64,000 nucleotides of DNA from Felis catus (lineage: Eukaryota): NCBI RefSeq assembly GCF_018350175.1, contig NC_058368.1, positions 203,672,001 to 203,736,000 of the forward strand. Direction: 5' to 3'. Made by a program: the position numbers and the translations under genes. Each line of letters opens with the position of its first letter. Position 1 is the first letter of the stretch. The notes below the pieces were generated by a model. It was not told where the DNA came from, did not search any database, and saw nothing but the letters and a program-made list of their open reading frames with translations. Of the stretch, positions 13,875 through 28,713 are shown in pieces.

Positions 13875-13920
13875 AAAAATAAATAAACATTAAAAAAATT
13901 TTTAACAAAAAAAAAAAAAG
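13480..13920 (+). mobile_element. Two tandem Can-SINEs (13480-13668, 13674-13920)
   Basis: Two heads, CT tracts and A-tails in series. Confidence 0.9.
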
Positions 13921-14809
13921 TCAAAATATCTGTAGGCCTACCAAATACCAAATGCATGCCCAATTTTTCCTCCATAAGGATTACCTGTCATGACTGCTCT
14001 TCAATCACCTCATGGGAATTTTGATAAATCATTCAGCAAACACATATGTAGCACTCACTGTATCCCAGATAGCACAAGGGGCACTGGGGCTATGAAGGTG
14101 TAAGGTGCCGTCCCTATGCCTGGAGAGCTAACACTGCAGTGGAGAGAGGTATAGATGACACATGAGAAACTCTATCCCAGGGACACTGTATTCCTGGGGA
14201 GCGTTCAGGAAAGCTCCACCAAAGAATGTATCTTTTAACCTAATGGTCACAGATCTTATATGTGATAGCACTGTGTAGGGTACAAAACGGCCTCGTGTAA
14301 TTTTTCTCATCCCCTTATCCCAGCCTCTTGTGAAGCTAGACGGGCAGCTTTTTCATTCCCATGTTACTGATGAGAGTTACAGCCAGCTGCACCTGACACA
14401 CAGTTTAATTCATGTCCTGTGAGCTCCTGATTTGTGTTTGTTCTACTACTTCCTGCCTTTCTAGGTGGAGATCTTGCCAGACTCCTTCTATAAAGATTCC
14501 TTTCTTTCTTGATATGAACGTGAACGTCCAATGTGTTTCTTTTTCCTTTGGCCTTTCTTCTCTTACCACCTATTTCTCAAAACAAGGTTAATTAATGATA
14601 ATTATTCTAGCTTTAAATCAAATCTCCCTTCGCAGGATAGAAAGTTTACTTTTGAAAATAAGGGATTTTCATTGAATCCAAAGTCCTAGAAGTACATTAG
14701 ACATGTTTTGGAAGTTAATCTCTCTTCAAGCCATTCATTACTTTTTAGTGTATTGAAGAAGCTCACAACATGAAAAACATCCTGCATTATATGCTTCACA
14801 CAACATATT

Positions 14810-15540
14810 TATTTGCCTCTTTTATGTGCCAAGTATTATACTGAGCCCCAGAGATGCAAAGATGAGTAAGAAATAGGGTTTTCCCTATAGGAGGTCCTGG
14901 TCTAAGGCAGGTAAGGAAGATGGAAGGTGATAATGCATATGAGAATTGCTTTTCTATATCTATGCCCAAGACCTTAAGAGGACTTGCAAGGAGTCCCTAA
15001 AGCAGAGGGTTGGAGAACGGCATTCGAAGCTGAGTTAGAAGCAAAAGTTTGGAGTTGGGAGTGTAGCTGCTCAAGGAATTGGTAGTAATTTAGAAAGGCT
15101 AGGTACAGAGAGGGGTGAGGGAATGGAGAGAGATGAGGTTACGGGTAAGTGGCTTTGCGTGTCAGGCTGAGGATCACAGGCTTTTTTTCGGAAAATGGAG
15201 AGCCACAGAAGGATTTTAAGCAAGAAAGATGTGATGAGAGATAACGTGAAAGATCTAACAATTACTCTAGCTGCTGTGTAGACAATAGATACGAGCAGAG
15301 GAGACCTGGAACCAGAAATAAGTGAGACGGACATAACAACAGCCAGGAACACACTGATGAGAACTCACCTGTTTGACCAGGTAATGACAGCTAGTCTTGA
15401 GAAAAGTGGAAGGAGTGCAGGACGACCAAGGTGGCCAGTATGATTCAGTGGGCAATTGGGTGTGAGTGAAATGAACATGGTGGTAGAGAGAAGAAGATCA
15501 AGGGGGTCTCGCAGGTTGCTGGCTTAGGTCCACTGAGGGA
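14810..15540 (-). mobile_element. L2 fragments
   Basis: tatttgcctcttttatgtgccaag; atggagagccacagaaggattttaagcaag; attactctagctgctgtgtagac. Confidence 0.55.
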
Positions 15541-16761
15541 GGCTGTTCATGGAGAAGAAGAAACAGGAGATTGATTGCCAGGGGGTCAGACTCACTTTCG
15601 GAAGGGTGGGGGTGAGCACGTATGAGAAGATGAGGTGTGCAGTTCAGGACACGTCGAAGTAGATGCCCGCTCATCTGCTGCGGGTCTACGACTCAGGGGA
15701 AATGTCTGCGACCGTATTTGGGACTCACTTGCTACCCTACTGCCCGTGTTTCTGAAAAACGGGTGTACCCTGAAGTCAAGGGCTCAGGTTTCAGAGAGGC
15801 AGGCTAGCGTTTGCATCACAGACCGACCCCTGATTATCAAAGCCAAGGCTTTCCCACCTGTTACCTATGGCATGAGACTGTTGCCAGGAGAAAACCATGG
15901 GCAAAATAAAAAGCATGGTTTTTAGCACAGAAAAAGGAAAATAATTGTGCATTATCATGATCCCCCAAAAATTCTCCACGCAAGTCTTCTAAGGCATTTT
16001 ATAAAGGCCTTTTTTTTTTCTAAGAGAGAAGGGTAAGTACCTCTCATTTCAATTATTTGATAATTTTGTATAATTATACTGTGGTTCCTCAAGATTTTTA
16101 AAAAGCAGATTTTACTGCTTTCTGGCTCAATATATGTTAAAATTACTTTCAAACTTTAATCTACAATAAAAAAGTTAATTCTATGTAAGCAAATGAAGGC
16201 CTCTCACTTTATAAAAAGTTAATATTTTGTGCTATTATGAACGATTATGGGTTTCACCACTTGTATATACTAATGATTAAGGTGACTGAGAAAAAATGTG
16301 GAAGTATCCCAGCTTTGAATTGCCTACTTGTAATTTTTGCTGGTAATTTCCCTTTTTTTAAAAAAGACAGAGATGATAGTCCAAAAATCTCAGCTGGACT
16401 TAATAAGCTCACACTCTAAAATATAACAGAGTAGAACCTCCTCCCATCCTACTTGAGAGCCTATCCTTAAGAATTCCCTTCCGTCATTCTTCCTACTAAA
16501 GGTCACTGGAAGGAAACAGGAAGGTCTAGTGGCTTTTTTTTTTTTTAACCAACTTTCTGTTCTGCAATTTTAAAAGTCTGGATGCAGCACAATCATAACT
16601 CTTCAACTACAGAACATAAATTTTTAGTACTTGTTGTTCTGGAATCCAACAGAAGAAATATTTGGCTTTTGCTTGGCCCCATCCCATTAGCATTAATAGG
16701 TTGTTTTCATTGGAGTTGTCTTCAAAAAAGATATGGATATGAGAAATGATATATTTAAACA

Positions 16762-16921
16762 CCAGTTTTCATGCTAAGGTTGTGAAATGTAGCTTTTACA
16801 AATGAAATGGAATTAAATGGAATATAGTAAAGTAGAACAGAAAATACCAGACTGCACCCACTATAGAAAAGGTAAATATTGTTTTAGGAGACCTTTTATT
16901 TATACATCATATGAAGTACTG

Positions 16922-16983
<62 letters not shown>

Positions 16984-17080
16984 ATAGGGATAGGGATAGG
17001 GATAGATACAGATATATGAGTGTGTGTTTATTGGGTCACAATATATGTTAATTGCAGTTAAACGTTCGAAGGCCACCCAT
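16762..17080. mobile_element. MER63-like hAT remnant containing (TA)n (16926-16980) and (GGGATA)n
   Basis: agaaaataccagactgcacccac...ggtaaatattgtttt...ttgggtcacaat; the microsatellite is directly visible. Confidence 0.5.
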
Positions 17081-18488
17081 GTTTTGCATTATAGACCATA
17101 AAACAAGCAAACTAGAAAAGATATGATACTTCCCCCCAAAATTCTTTTCCTTGCAAAGTTATGCCCATCTTGCATGCAAAACCTGTCCCCAAATTCATTT
17201 TTAAAGTAGAAATATCCTCTGCTTAAATACGATGTTATATACTGTTACATACTATATATGTATACAATGTTATGTACATATATAATATACCCAATGCACA
17301 TTAATGATATACACAATGTACATTAATGATGCTGAAGATGATAATGGTAACCTCACTCTATATTACACTCTGCAAAAGGATTTCAAATCAATTATCTAAT
17401 TTTACTGCAAAACCAAAAGGAGACGTAGTAACAGCTCTGTTTACACTGAAGCACAGAGAGGCCAAGTGATTTGCCTCAGGTAACTCAGTAGCAAAACTGC
17501 ATGTATAAACCTGGTCACTTAAATTATAATCATGCTTTTTCACTGGATTACGTTGCTGCTTCACGCTACACAGCTGCAGTAAGTTTGCCACTGTTTATCT
17601 CATGGGTCTTTGTCATTTGTTTTGTGTTTAAAGCTATGTCTACAAAAGAGTCCAAAATATTTGGGAAAAGGCAAGAAGGAACACATAGAGATGACTTCAT
17701 GATTTCGGAGTTTGTGAGTTGTCAACTGTATTTTCACCCAAGACTGAGGCTTTCACTGCAACTAGCTAGCAGCCAATCTGCTTTGTAGATGTCTTTTCAT
17801 TCCAAAGACTATCACAGGGCCTGCGATGCAGCAGATCACTCAATTAATGTTGCTTCGCTGGAAAGAAAATTGCAACTGGCCAGGTCATTTTTAATATGAG
17901 AATTCAGGCTTTAGGACACGGATTACAAATTAAAAGACAGAGATGTGAGCTTGGGCAAGGAGTGAAGGGAAAAACGAGGAATCTTTTGAGGAAGTATGTA
18001 CTATAGCCACAGAAAATGAGCTTAGAGAGCTTCCCTCTGCTTTTCCATTCTCTGGAACAGAGACAAGGGACTATCTCACCTATGTATGTCTAAAACACCC
18101 TGGGTAGATAGTTCTTGGTAACAGGTTTGAAAACAACTGATTTGATTACTTTAATGGGGTTGTATTCGTTACATTAGAACATTATGTATTGCTTAGAGAA
18201 TTGCCTGTTTTGGTAAAATTTTCTGTAAGGTTTTCCACAGAATTCACTTATTTGTTCAGTCTCTTTGGTCTGGAATTTTCCTCTTTTCATTCCTAACAAT
18301 GCTTAGGGTTTTTTTTTTTTTATTATTTCTTCATCATTCTTGTATAGCAAATATATTTTACCAATAAATTTAAAGAACTACCTCTTGATTATTCTGTTAT
18401 TTTTGGTGCTTTGTATTTCACTAACATAGGTCTATAATTTTCATTATTTTGATAAATTGGGGCTTACTCTATTAGATATTTCTTAGTT

Positions 18489-18698
18489 CTTTTTTCAACG
18501 TTTATTTATTTTTGGGACAGAGAAAGACAGAGCATGAACGGGGGAGGGGCAGAGAGAGAGGGAGACACAGAATCGGAAACAGGCTCCAGGCTCTGAGCCA
18601 TCAGCCCAGAGCCCGACGCGGGGCTCGAACTCACGGACTGCGAGATCGTGACCTGGCTGAAGTCGGACGCTTAACCGACTGTGCCACCCAGGCGCCCC
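18489..18698 (-). mobile_element. Young felid Can-SINE
   Basis: CpG-rich near-consensus copy; TSD tcttagttctt. Confidence 0.95.
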
Positions 18699-19098
18699 TC
18701 TTAGTTCTTAAATTCAAGAATAGCTATTAAATTTTGAAATGTTTTCTTCTTAATGTATGCTTTTTGAAGCTATAAATTAATCTGTAAGCACTCTCAGTTA
18801 CATCCTATAGATTTTGACACTGCTGTTCCCTTCTAAATATCCACTGAAAGATGAAGCATTTACAACTGTGTCCATTGGAGATTATATTACTGGTTTGGTT
18901 ATTAATTCCATTTTATATAACACTGTTACAAAACGTGATCAACATAATACTTTTATTTGTGATTATTGAGCCCATTTTGCAGCTTACAAAGTGTCAATTT
19001 TTTTTTAAAGTTTCCATATATGTTTGAAATAATGTAAATTCTCTAACTTGAAAGTTCAGACTTCTATAAATGTTCATTGTAAATATCCATTAAAATTA

Positions 19099-19310
19099 GG
19101 GGCACCTGGGTGGCTCAGTCAGTTAAGCACCTGACTTTGGCTCAGGTCATGATCTCACAGCGCGTGAGTTCAAGCCCCACATCGGGCTCTGTGCTGACAG
19201 CTCAGAGCCTGGAGTCTGCTTCAGATTCTGTGTCTCCTCTCTCTGCCCCTCGCCTGCTCGCTCTCTTTCTCTCTCTCTCTCTCAAAAATAAATATTAAAA
19301 AATAAAATAA
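19099..19310 (+). mobile_element. Can-SINE
   Basis: TSD aaatatccattaaa. Confidence 0.92.
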
Positions 19311-19679
19311 ATATCCATTAAATTCAGCTAATTGTATAGTTCAAATCTGTATTGTCTTTTGCTCTCTGAAACACAAAGTGTATACTTAATATTCCACTAT
19401 AACTGAGAAAGCAAAAATTTCTCTTTGTGATACTAGTCGCGTGTACTTGATAGTTGTGTTTTCAGACACACGTACCTTCAGAATTGTTAGGGATTCCTTG
19501 TGAATGCTGTCTTTTAGCATTATATTGTGGTCTGCCTTATCCCTGGTAAGATTTTTGTCTGTATTATATAACAGAAATTTTGCTACATCAGATTTCTTTT
19601 GATTAGAATTTTCTCAGGAAAGGTTTCCTCTTCAACTACATGCATTCGTTAAGCATACGCCCAGGGTTTTATGTACTTT

Positions 19680-20992
19680 TTTTTTTAATATTTTAAAATT
19701 TTCACAGAAAATTGGGAACTACAGTCCAAGAACATTTTTTTCTGAGTGATTTGAGAGTAAGCTGGAAACATCATGCCGCATAACTCTAGAATACTTTAGT
19801 GTGCAGTTCTCACAAACAGAGCACTTGCCTACATGAACACAATAGGACCTTAAAAATCAGGAAATGTATTGATACATTGATACATTACATCATTGATACA
19901 ATTAATACATTGCTATAATCCACAGATCCCATTAAGATTTCAGCAATTGCCTTAATAACATTCTCTATGGGAACATTATCCAACCCGGGGCCATACACTG
20001 CATCTAGCAATGTCTTTTTTTTCTCTTTTAATTGAAATACTTGACTCTCCTTGATATTTATGACCTTGACACTTTCAAAAATTAAAAGTAATCATTTTGT
20101 AGAATGCCCCAAATTTGGGGTTTGTCTGATGTTTCCAGGTTACATGTTTTGGGCAGAAACAGTACAGAAGTGATGCAGGATGCTCCTTACCATCCTACTA
20201 GATGGCACATTGGTTTGATTTGCCCCTTGACAGAGGTGATGTTCCACAAGTCTCTCCACTCTAAAGCTTTTTCCCTTTGTAATAAACAAATCGTTGAGGC
20301 TAAGTCAATATTACATTCCTCGTCAACTTTTCACCCACTAGTTTTAGCATCTGTTGATATTTTGTAACTGAACTGTCAGTATGATGGTTGCCAAATGATG
20401 ATTCTTAATTCCATCATTCCACCTACATTTATTAGTGGACGTTCCATTGTAACAAAGAGTTTTCTCTTCTCCCCATTTATTTATGCATTTGTTTATTTGG
20501 ATTTATATAGACAAATGGCTTCCTATTTTATTCTGTGGATTATAGTCCATTACTAGCATTCTTTCGATCCTCATGTCATTCCGATATTTGGCTCACGGGG
20601 GCTTCTTTACACTGCTTCTGTCTATATCATTTTCTGAGCAATTCCTCACTTTTTGACATAAGATTTTCCATGTTAATCTTGTACTTTGCTTGCCCCAGCC
20701 CTGGAAGCAAGCATTTCTCCAAGAAGCCTTTGTTCATTATAGGTAAGAATTATATTTAGAAACTAGTATCTGTGTACTCATGACTATTGGTATTTCACCA
20801 CTCGAGCCTCCCAGTAGACATAATTTGAGGAATATATGTAAGAATATCCAACTACATTTATATCTATTTTTCTATCCATCTCTATATGACACACCACATC
20901 TCCAATTCCAGTCCAATACACAGGATTAATGCCAGCTTTTTTCCCTTCCATATTTGTAACCCCTGCTCCCAGAGTGAGAAATCTGACTCTCA
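19680..20992 (-). mobile_element. Old L1M 3' fragment
   Basis: gagagtaagctggaaacatcatgcc; ttgtagaatgccccaaatttgggg; ttgtactttgcttgccccagccctggaagc. Confidence 0.6.
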
Positions 20993-21157
20993 TTGTATTG
21001 GTCTTTTTAGGATACTATAATATAGACTTGGGTGACTGAAACAACAGAATTTATTTCTTACAGTTTTGAAAGCCAGAAGTTCAAGATCACGGTTCCTGCT
21101 GAGAGCTCTCTTCCTGGCTTGTGGTAACTGTTACATAGCAATAGAAAGCTAATGAAC
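20993..21157 (-). mobile_element. MLT1-type LTR fragment
   Basis: aaacaacagaatttatttcttacagttttgaaagccagaagttcaagatcacgg signature. Confidence 0.6.
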
Positions 21158-21959
21158 CTTCCTAACACACTTACCACAGAATTAATTTCAAAGCAATTTC
21201 AATCGCCTCAGCTCTACTACATTTGTGCCTTCTGGATGGCCTTGCCTCCCACTTTCTGATAAGATGGCTGCATGAATTTCTTCAAATCCCTTCCCCTCCA
21301 CAAACATTTCTTTATTATTACTTTGTCTTCACTTATTGTCCTTTCCTCCTTCTACCCGTTGGAGAACAAAATGTCTCCTCGGTGCCAACTCTTATACGTA
21401 TACCTTTATTCTCTTTTCTTCCTGTCTCCTCTAGACATTTTTCCTAGAAAAAAAAAATCCTTATACTTTCGATGATGTATTTTCAACATAATCTCATCAC
21501 TCCTGTGTGCTCATGCTTATCTTTTACCTCTCTCCTCCTGGCTCAACCTGAAAATAGTGGTAGGCCTAAAAATTCTAAGCCCAGGTCTGCTACCTTTTCA
21601 AGCTATTATCATCAAATCACTCCTTACTTTTACTTTCAATGATCAACTTTTTCTAAATACACTGTACTTGTAATACTTGTAATACAAAGCCATTGTTAAT
21701 CCCTTACAATCTGGCTTCAGCCTTCATCAATCTGTGAAACTACTCTTTCAAAGATCACTTTAGTACAAACTGCTAAATCTAATTTCCATCTTTCTCACCC
21801 TCTCGGTGACATCAAGGATTGTTGCCTAACTACTTTGGACAACATGTTCTTCTTCTGTCCATGTGATCACTTCTTAACGTCTCTGTCTAGCTCCTGCCAT
21901 TCCCTACCCCTAGATTTTGCACAAAGATGTACAGCTTTTGCTTTTCTGTCTGTGGAAAA

Positions 21960-22075
21960 AGAGGGCAGGAAAGGGAAAGGAAGAAAAGGGAAGGGGGGAG
22001 GAGGGGCGGAAGGGAAGAGGGGAGGAAGGAAGGAGGGAAGGAAGGAAGGAAGGAAGGAAGGAAGGAAGGAAGAAA
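21960..22075. repeat. (GGAA)n-rich purine microsatellite
   Basis: Directly visible. Confidence 0.9.
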
Positions 22076-23362
22076 GCCAACAATGGCTTCAATTACAACC
22101 AAAATAAAATACTAATGCTTAACTTGCTTTCCAAAACTCTTCCTCTGTTGTGCCTATCATACCTGTCCAACATTATTGAAACCTAGTGAATGTGAACTAT
22201 TTTCCAATTTCTGAACATTTCTTGAACTTTTAGTCTCTAAGCTCAGTTTTCACTCCATACACCTTATAAACAGCTTAAAATTTTGTCATGTACATAAAAT
22301 GTTTTTCATCACTGTAAATGTTCAAGTCCTATATATCTTTCAATAATAATAATAATGTAATGATTATCAACACTTACAACATATGAGATATTGCCCTAAG
22401 CACTGTGTATTTATTAATTCATTTAATCTCCAAAACAACCCCATGACCCAGCTCACATGCTACTTCCCTGATGAAGTCCTTCACATACACACCGTGTACT
22501 GTGGAAGATAATTTTTTTTTTCCATTCTGAAGTCTCAACTTCTTTAAATGTTCTACTTTTTATAGTTCTAGGTGCTTTATCTCATAGTGATATGGCTTTA
22601 TCTTATTTATGCTTACTCAGCAATTAGGTCTTGAGAGCAGGAGTCTTGCTAACCCTTTCTGCACGATTAAATCACACCTTTTTTTTTTTTTTTTTTTTTT
22701 TGGCCAAAGCTCTAAAATCACCTCTTTTAATAAAGAAATCTCCTGATCCCAGAACTCTGTATTAGGTGTTCCCCATTGTGCCCCCACGGGTCTCTGCATC
22801 TTTATCATCCGTTTTCAATCTTTGTCCAATTGCCTCTCCACTTAGGCGTGTCCCCTTGAGGCAAGCACAAGGTATTTTTCCTTTTCTTATCCATAGCATT
22901 TGTCACAATACACTGCAGAGTAGGTACTCCATATATGTTTGTGGGAGGAATAAATGATTATCCCAAGCAAGACCACCTGATCTCCCAAGTCACAGGAGGT
23001 CGAACCTGAAAGGAGATGGTAACTGTTGGAGAAAATACATTAGGTTACTGAGGAAGAAACAGTAAAATTGTTAGCATACGATATAGTACACAATCATCAA
23101 TTTTGAGCCTAAATCAGTATGAAAATATTAAATATAATGAAGGCCCCGTGTCTCCAAACACAAAAATTAATTCAAGATGGATCCTAAACCCAAACATAAA
23201 AGCTAAAACCATAAAGCTTTTAGAAAGAAACGTAAGAGACTCTCCTGTGAGCTGGGGCTTGGTCTACAAGTTTCTAGGCCATAGAAAACAAGAACCCTTT
23301 ATGTAAAAACAAAAAACAAAAAACAATAAACTTGACTTTATATTTTAAAATGACTACTTATT

Positions 23363-23585
23363 GGGGTGTCTGGGTGGCTCAGCAGGTTAAGCATCTGACT
23401 CTGGATTTTGGCTCGGGTCATGATCTCATGGTTCGTGAGATAGAGCCCCACATTGGGCTCTGCCCTCACAGCCTGAGCCTGCTTGGGATTCTCTCTGCCC
23501 CTTCCCTGAAAGCATACGCTGTCTCTCTCTCTCTCTCTCTCTCTCTCTAAACAAATAAACTTAAGAAAATAAAAGAGATAAAAAA
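23363..23585 (+). mobile_element. Can-SINE
   Basis: Head ggggtgtctgggtggctcag, (CT)n, A-rich tail. Confidence 0.9.
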
Positions 23586-23852
23586 ATCAAATGACTCCTC
23601 ATTAGAATATATTGTTAAGGAAATGTGTAGGTGAACCACAAATTAGAAGAAAATACCTGACAAAGCACTATCTACAGTATCGTTACCTAACTCTTCCAGC
23701 TCAAAAATAAACACACAACTCAAAATAACAACAACAAAAAAATGGCCAACAAGCCCATGAAAAACTGCTCAACATTGTCAGTCATTACGAATATGCTAAT
23801 TAAAATAAAAATAGCACCACACACTTAGGAGAGTGATTAAAATGAAAGGCTC

Positions 23853-24085
23853 GGGGCGCCTGGGTGGCGCAGTCGGTTAAGCGTCCGACTTCAGCCAGGT
23901 CACGATCTCGCGCTCTGTGAGTTCGAGCCCCGCGTCCGGCTCTGGGCTGATGGCTCGGAGCCTGGAGCCTGTTTCCGATTCTGTGTCTCCCTCTCTCTCT
24001 GCCCCTCCCCCGTTCATGCTCTGTCTCTCTCTGTCCCAAAAATAAATAAAAAACATTGAAAAAAAATTAAAAAAAAAAATAAAAG
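23853..24085 (+). mobile_element. Young felid Can-SINE
   Basis: Near-consensus; perfect 15-bp TSD taaaatgaaaggctc. Confidence 0.95.
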
Positions 24086-26820
24086 TATAAAATGAAAGGC
24101 TCTAACACCAGCAGGTGTTGTCATCAGAGTACCCGGGCTGCTCAAGTATCTTCTGGAGGCATTAGCAAACAGTACAACCACTCTGGATAAGGTATGACAG
24201 TTTCTCATAAAACCCGATGACACAGCAATTCCATTCCTAAGTATTTACCTAAAGGAAATGAAAACATAAATTCACCAAAAAATTTAAAATACAGAAGCCT
24301 TATTAATAATGGCCCAAAACAGCAAAAAGCTGTGTGTCCACCAACACAAGAATGGATTAAAAAACAAAAACAAAAAACAAAAACAAAACAAAACAACAAA
24401 AAAAAATGGTATCTTGAGCAGTAAAAAAAAAAAAAAAATGCTGATGGATTAAACTAAAATATACCACGCTGATAGAAAGAGAAAGAAAGTCGTATATAAA
24501 AGACAACATTCCATTTGATTCCATTCACATGGAAATTATAGAATCACAAAATTAGAATGGCAGAAAGAATGTCAGTGGCTGCCTCCAAGGTGGGAGTGAA
24601 GATTGACTAGAAACTGCCGTGAGGGAAATTTCTGGCTGATGATAATATTCTGTGTCTGGAAATGGACTGGGATTATAAATGCATGTGCATTTGTGAAGCC
24701 CCAGCAAACATACACTAATAATAGTGTATTTCACTGTATATAAATTATTCATCAAAAGTAAAAGCTAGTAAAGTCTGCTACGAATAAGTCTATTACTACG
24801 AAGTATCAAACTCTAGTTAAGAATGCTAGAATATTTATGAGGAAATATATGTGCAATTCACTTTGAAATGCATCCAACATAAGTTAGATGAAAAGGTACA
24901 GAGATGGATACATTTGTGTTACAAAAGTATAGTAAAACATTAATGACAGACTGTGTGGTAAGTTCGTAAGCGCTCAATGTAAGTCTTTCGATTTTACTGT
25001 TGGTAAAAATATAGTGGACAATCAAAAGTACTGTGCTGCGGGGAGACTCCTAAAAGGAGTCTTGAAGGACTTACACACCTTTAAGGACTGTTTTGAAATG
25101 TCTGCCGTAGTCAAAAAAGGAAAATCTAAAAATAAAGAAAAGCACCATCATATTTACATAACTAATTTATCTGTGAAGTTGAAATAATAGTACAAAACAT
25201 TATATTCTGAAAATTCAGAAGCATGGTTGACTAATAAGATGTCTCTTTATTCATTTAGAGAAGATGAGAGGCAATTATTCCAAACTGAACTTGGAACTGT
25301 TCAATTATTTGGAGCCGAGGGCTCCGGGAGGAGGGGGGGAAAGGAGGGAAAAAGTAGCTTTCTCTAGTGCTTAGCTTTTTCTTTTAATGGTTTTAACCTC
25401 TTACTAAACTTGTTACGTGTTTCTACACACATTAATACTTGAGTTTTTCTAAAATTCCACTTAAAACTAGATAGAAAGTACATCCCTCAAACAGAAAGCC
25501 AGTCATTTATTTCTTACAATTCCTTTCTTTTCCATCTGCGTCTGCTCGTACCATTTCCTTACCCCTTTTTCTGTAGCCTATTCAATTTCATCCAGTTATT
25601 CCTTGTTTTTGGAACATTTTCTTTGTGTGAAGACTAAATCCCCATTTCCTCCTTTTTGATCTCCATTTAGTCTTGATTACAAACCTAACTGAATTATGGT
25701 CAGTATTACTAAGCTCCTTCCTCCACCCACTCACCTTATTAGACCAGTCACATCATCTCCTTTTAAAAAAGTTTTTACAATGGCCCACTTCTCGTGATGA
25801 CTTTAGCATGGATTAAAAAGAAAATCCATCATATAATATCAATCTTCCCAGAGTAAACAGATGCTAAGAGAGGAAACCCAGGGATTCCTAAAAAATTTTG
25901 GTAGTTTGGGGCTTAGTTAAATATCTAAAACAGTCTAGAATAGCATTCAAAAAGAGTTAGAACTCTTGTTCTCTTCTTACAGAAAGGGACTGCCCAGTGG
26001 TTGGTCAAATAAGATAATATTAAGCCTTAATTACTCTCTGATTCAAAAATAATTCTCTAATTGGTAATAATATTATTTAATATCTTTAAGATTCAGGAAA
26101 CACAGATAAATAGAAGGATGTTGACTCTTCCAATCTTGGTTAGCCAAAAGCCCATTCCTGAAATCCCTTTTCCTATATCCACCTAGAGAAGTTTTATAAA
26201 TAGTAAAGGTGCCTGCAGTGAAATAATATTAAATTTTTCACTTTAGCTGTTATATAAAAACATGAAACCATAAACGTTAAAGTGAAACAGAGTGACCATC
26301 TATTCTTGCATTTTCTAAGTAGCTTGGTGAAGACCCTTGTTCTAAGGGATGTTATTCAGTGTGGCTCCCCAAGTAAGTTAGGTAAGTTAGGTGGGAGGTG
26401 GTAGATTCTATTAGGTTCAAGTCATTTTACTCGCAAAGAGGTGAGGTGATCAGCCTAGATTATGAGTAGCAAACTAGGGCCCCAACATAGGTCTAATCCC
26501 AAGCACAGAGCTATTTACAGGACAGCCTAATACGTCCCATTAATTTAATAATATGTTCAATATAATATCCATAAAGGTTTGTGGAATATATCCTGCTAAC
26601 ACACCTGACATCCTTTTTTCTCTCTGAAAACAAATCAGATATTTTATCTTGTAGGGTCTTCTGGTGCTCATCTACCAAAACATGGACACTTTCAGGAAAA
26701 TGTTAACACAAAGATTATATTTTCCCAGTGTTCTCTCCTCCTATCAAAACCCAAACCAAACAAAAAAGCTCAAGTAAAGCATCACAAAAAGCTGGTGCAA
26801 GTAGAAAAGAGCCTACTTTT

Positions 26821-27050
26821 GGGGCTCCTGGGTGGCTCAGTCGGTTGAGGGTCTGACTTGGGCTCGGGTCATGATCTCATGGTTCGTGAGTTCAAGCCCC
26901 GCATCAGGCTCTGTGCTGACAGCTCAGAGCCTGGAACCTGCTTTGGATTCTGTGTCTCCCTCTCTCTGCCCATCCTCCACTTGCTTGCGCTCTTTCTCTC
27001 TCTTTCTCTCTCTCTCTCTCAAAAATAAATATTTAAAAAAATTTTTAAAG
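26821..27050 (+). mobile_element. Can-SINE
   Basis: Head ggggctcctgggtggctcag; CT tract; flanking cctactttt repeats. Confidence 0.9.
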
Positions 27051-27681
27051 AAGATCCTACTTTTGTCAAAAATAAAAATTTTAATTAGAATTAAGCCTTC
27101 TTAACAATAAGTCAGAATAAAGACTGACTAAAAGGTAACAGTTGGTGTAATTTCTCCACTTCCATGTCATATGAAAAATAATCTGGTTCTTTTCTTAATA
27201 AGTGGCCAACAAAAAGATCACACTTCAGCTATGTCTCCAATGAAGATCTGCACAGGTAAATCCAAAAAGTGTTGTCCATGTCAGGCTGGCAGATGTCATT
27301 TCTAAAGAGCTCAAGGAGGCAAAGCCAAACCAGTGGGAGTAGATGAAGCAAGTAGTATACAGAATAACTACTTTAAAAGGTTCTCTAGACCATGTCTTCT
27401 GATGGTGAAATGAATAGCATTTCTCAAATTATTTATTAAGAGACATTTTCATAGTCTAGATCATTTCAACTCTTTAGCAAGTAAATTATTAGCAGAAAAG
27501 ATTACTCTCCCAAAGACATTACTAGAATGAACTCTCATTTATTTATTCTGGTCCCCTTTCTAATCTCTGAAAGTTGACTTCCAATATCGGCCCAATGCCT
27601 CAAGCACCAAGAGTAAACAGCACAATCCCTTTTTCATGACTCAAATGAATTCAGTTTCTTCCGACTCTAAAAATGATTCAA

Positions 27682-27892
27682 GGGGCACCTGAGCGGCTCA
27701 GTTGGTTAAGTTTCTGACTCTTGATTTCAGCTCAGGTCATGATCTCACAGTTCTTGGGTTCAAGCCCCATGTCGGGCTCTCCACTGACAGCACAGAGCCT
27801 GCTTAGGGATTCTCTGTCTTCCTCTCTCTCTCCACCCCTCCCCTGCTTGTGCTCTCTCTCCCTCAAAATAAGTAAACATTAAAAAAAATAAA
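27682..27892 (+). mobile_element. Can-SINE
   Basis: TSD taaaaatgattca. Confidence 0.9.
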
Positions 27893-28713
27893 AATGATTC
27901 AGTAACAGTCTATCATTTGATCCAAAGTGGATGCTGTGCTGTTGCAAAGCTAATTGAAAAAATAAGAAAGAAGATACAGGTATTCCCCTCTTACTGTTAT
28001 TCTGCTTTTTAAAAAGTAATACTCAAGTCCATATTTACTCCTGTGATATGGTCCTCCAGGTAACCAACTAAAGTTAAGATTTTTGCTTAATCAACCAGCC
28101 TAATTAAGGCTTCTGTTCTGATCTTTGGATGACAAGGCAGAGTGTGGCTTCAATCAAATTGCTGGTTGACTCTTCCATGGGCCTAAATCATACCCAGTAA
28201 TGTAATCAAACCAGTTTGGCTAAATTACACACCATATATCAGGAAATGGCTTTTCTAGGTCACTAGCCTACACACAATCTGGCATTAAAGTAGAGCAGAT
28301 AAAAAGAAATGTTTTAACATTTCCAAGAAACTCACATGCATTACTTAAGGTTTTAACTAATAAGAAACTATTAGAAGAAAAAAAGAGACACATGAAAGCA
28401 TAACAACATTGTGTCCATCCCAAATGTCATTAGCTACAATCTTTAATCAGGCGCTCACTCCAGTTACTGGGCGGTATTGCCAACCTCCCAGAGGGAAGTC
28501 AGCCGCAGACCAAGAATGAGAAACCAATTTGAAAAAAAAAAAAAAAAAAAAAAAGAACCTGAATGATAACTGAGCCCAGATGGGGAGAAGAAAGGTTAAC
28601 TCTGAAACTGGTCTTATTTAAAGGCCACCAGTAAATTTAAGCCACAGAAAAACTTGCCTGAACAGGGAAAATACTGTTTTCTTCCCTACAGTAAAAAAGG
28701 GAAATGAACATAC

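Larger units (their letters stand above)
23120..25010 (+). mobile_element. Old L1M fragment (ORF2 3' end and 3'UTR) interrupted by two SINEs
   Basis: PNTKINSRWILNPNIKAKTIKLLE peptide (ORF 23103..23306) and L1 3'-end motifs (cagcaattccattcctaagtatttacc). Confidence 0.75.
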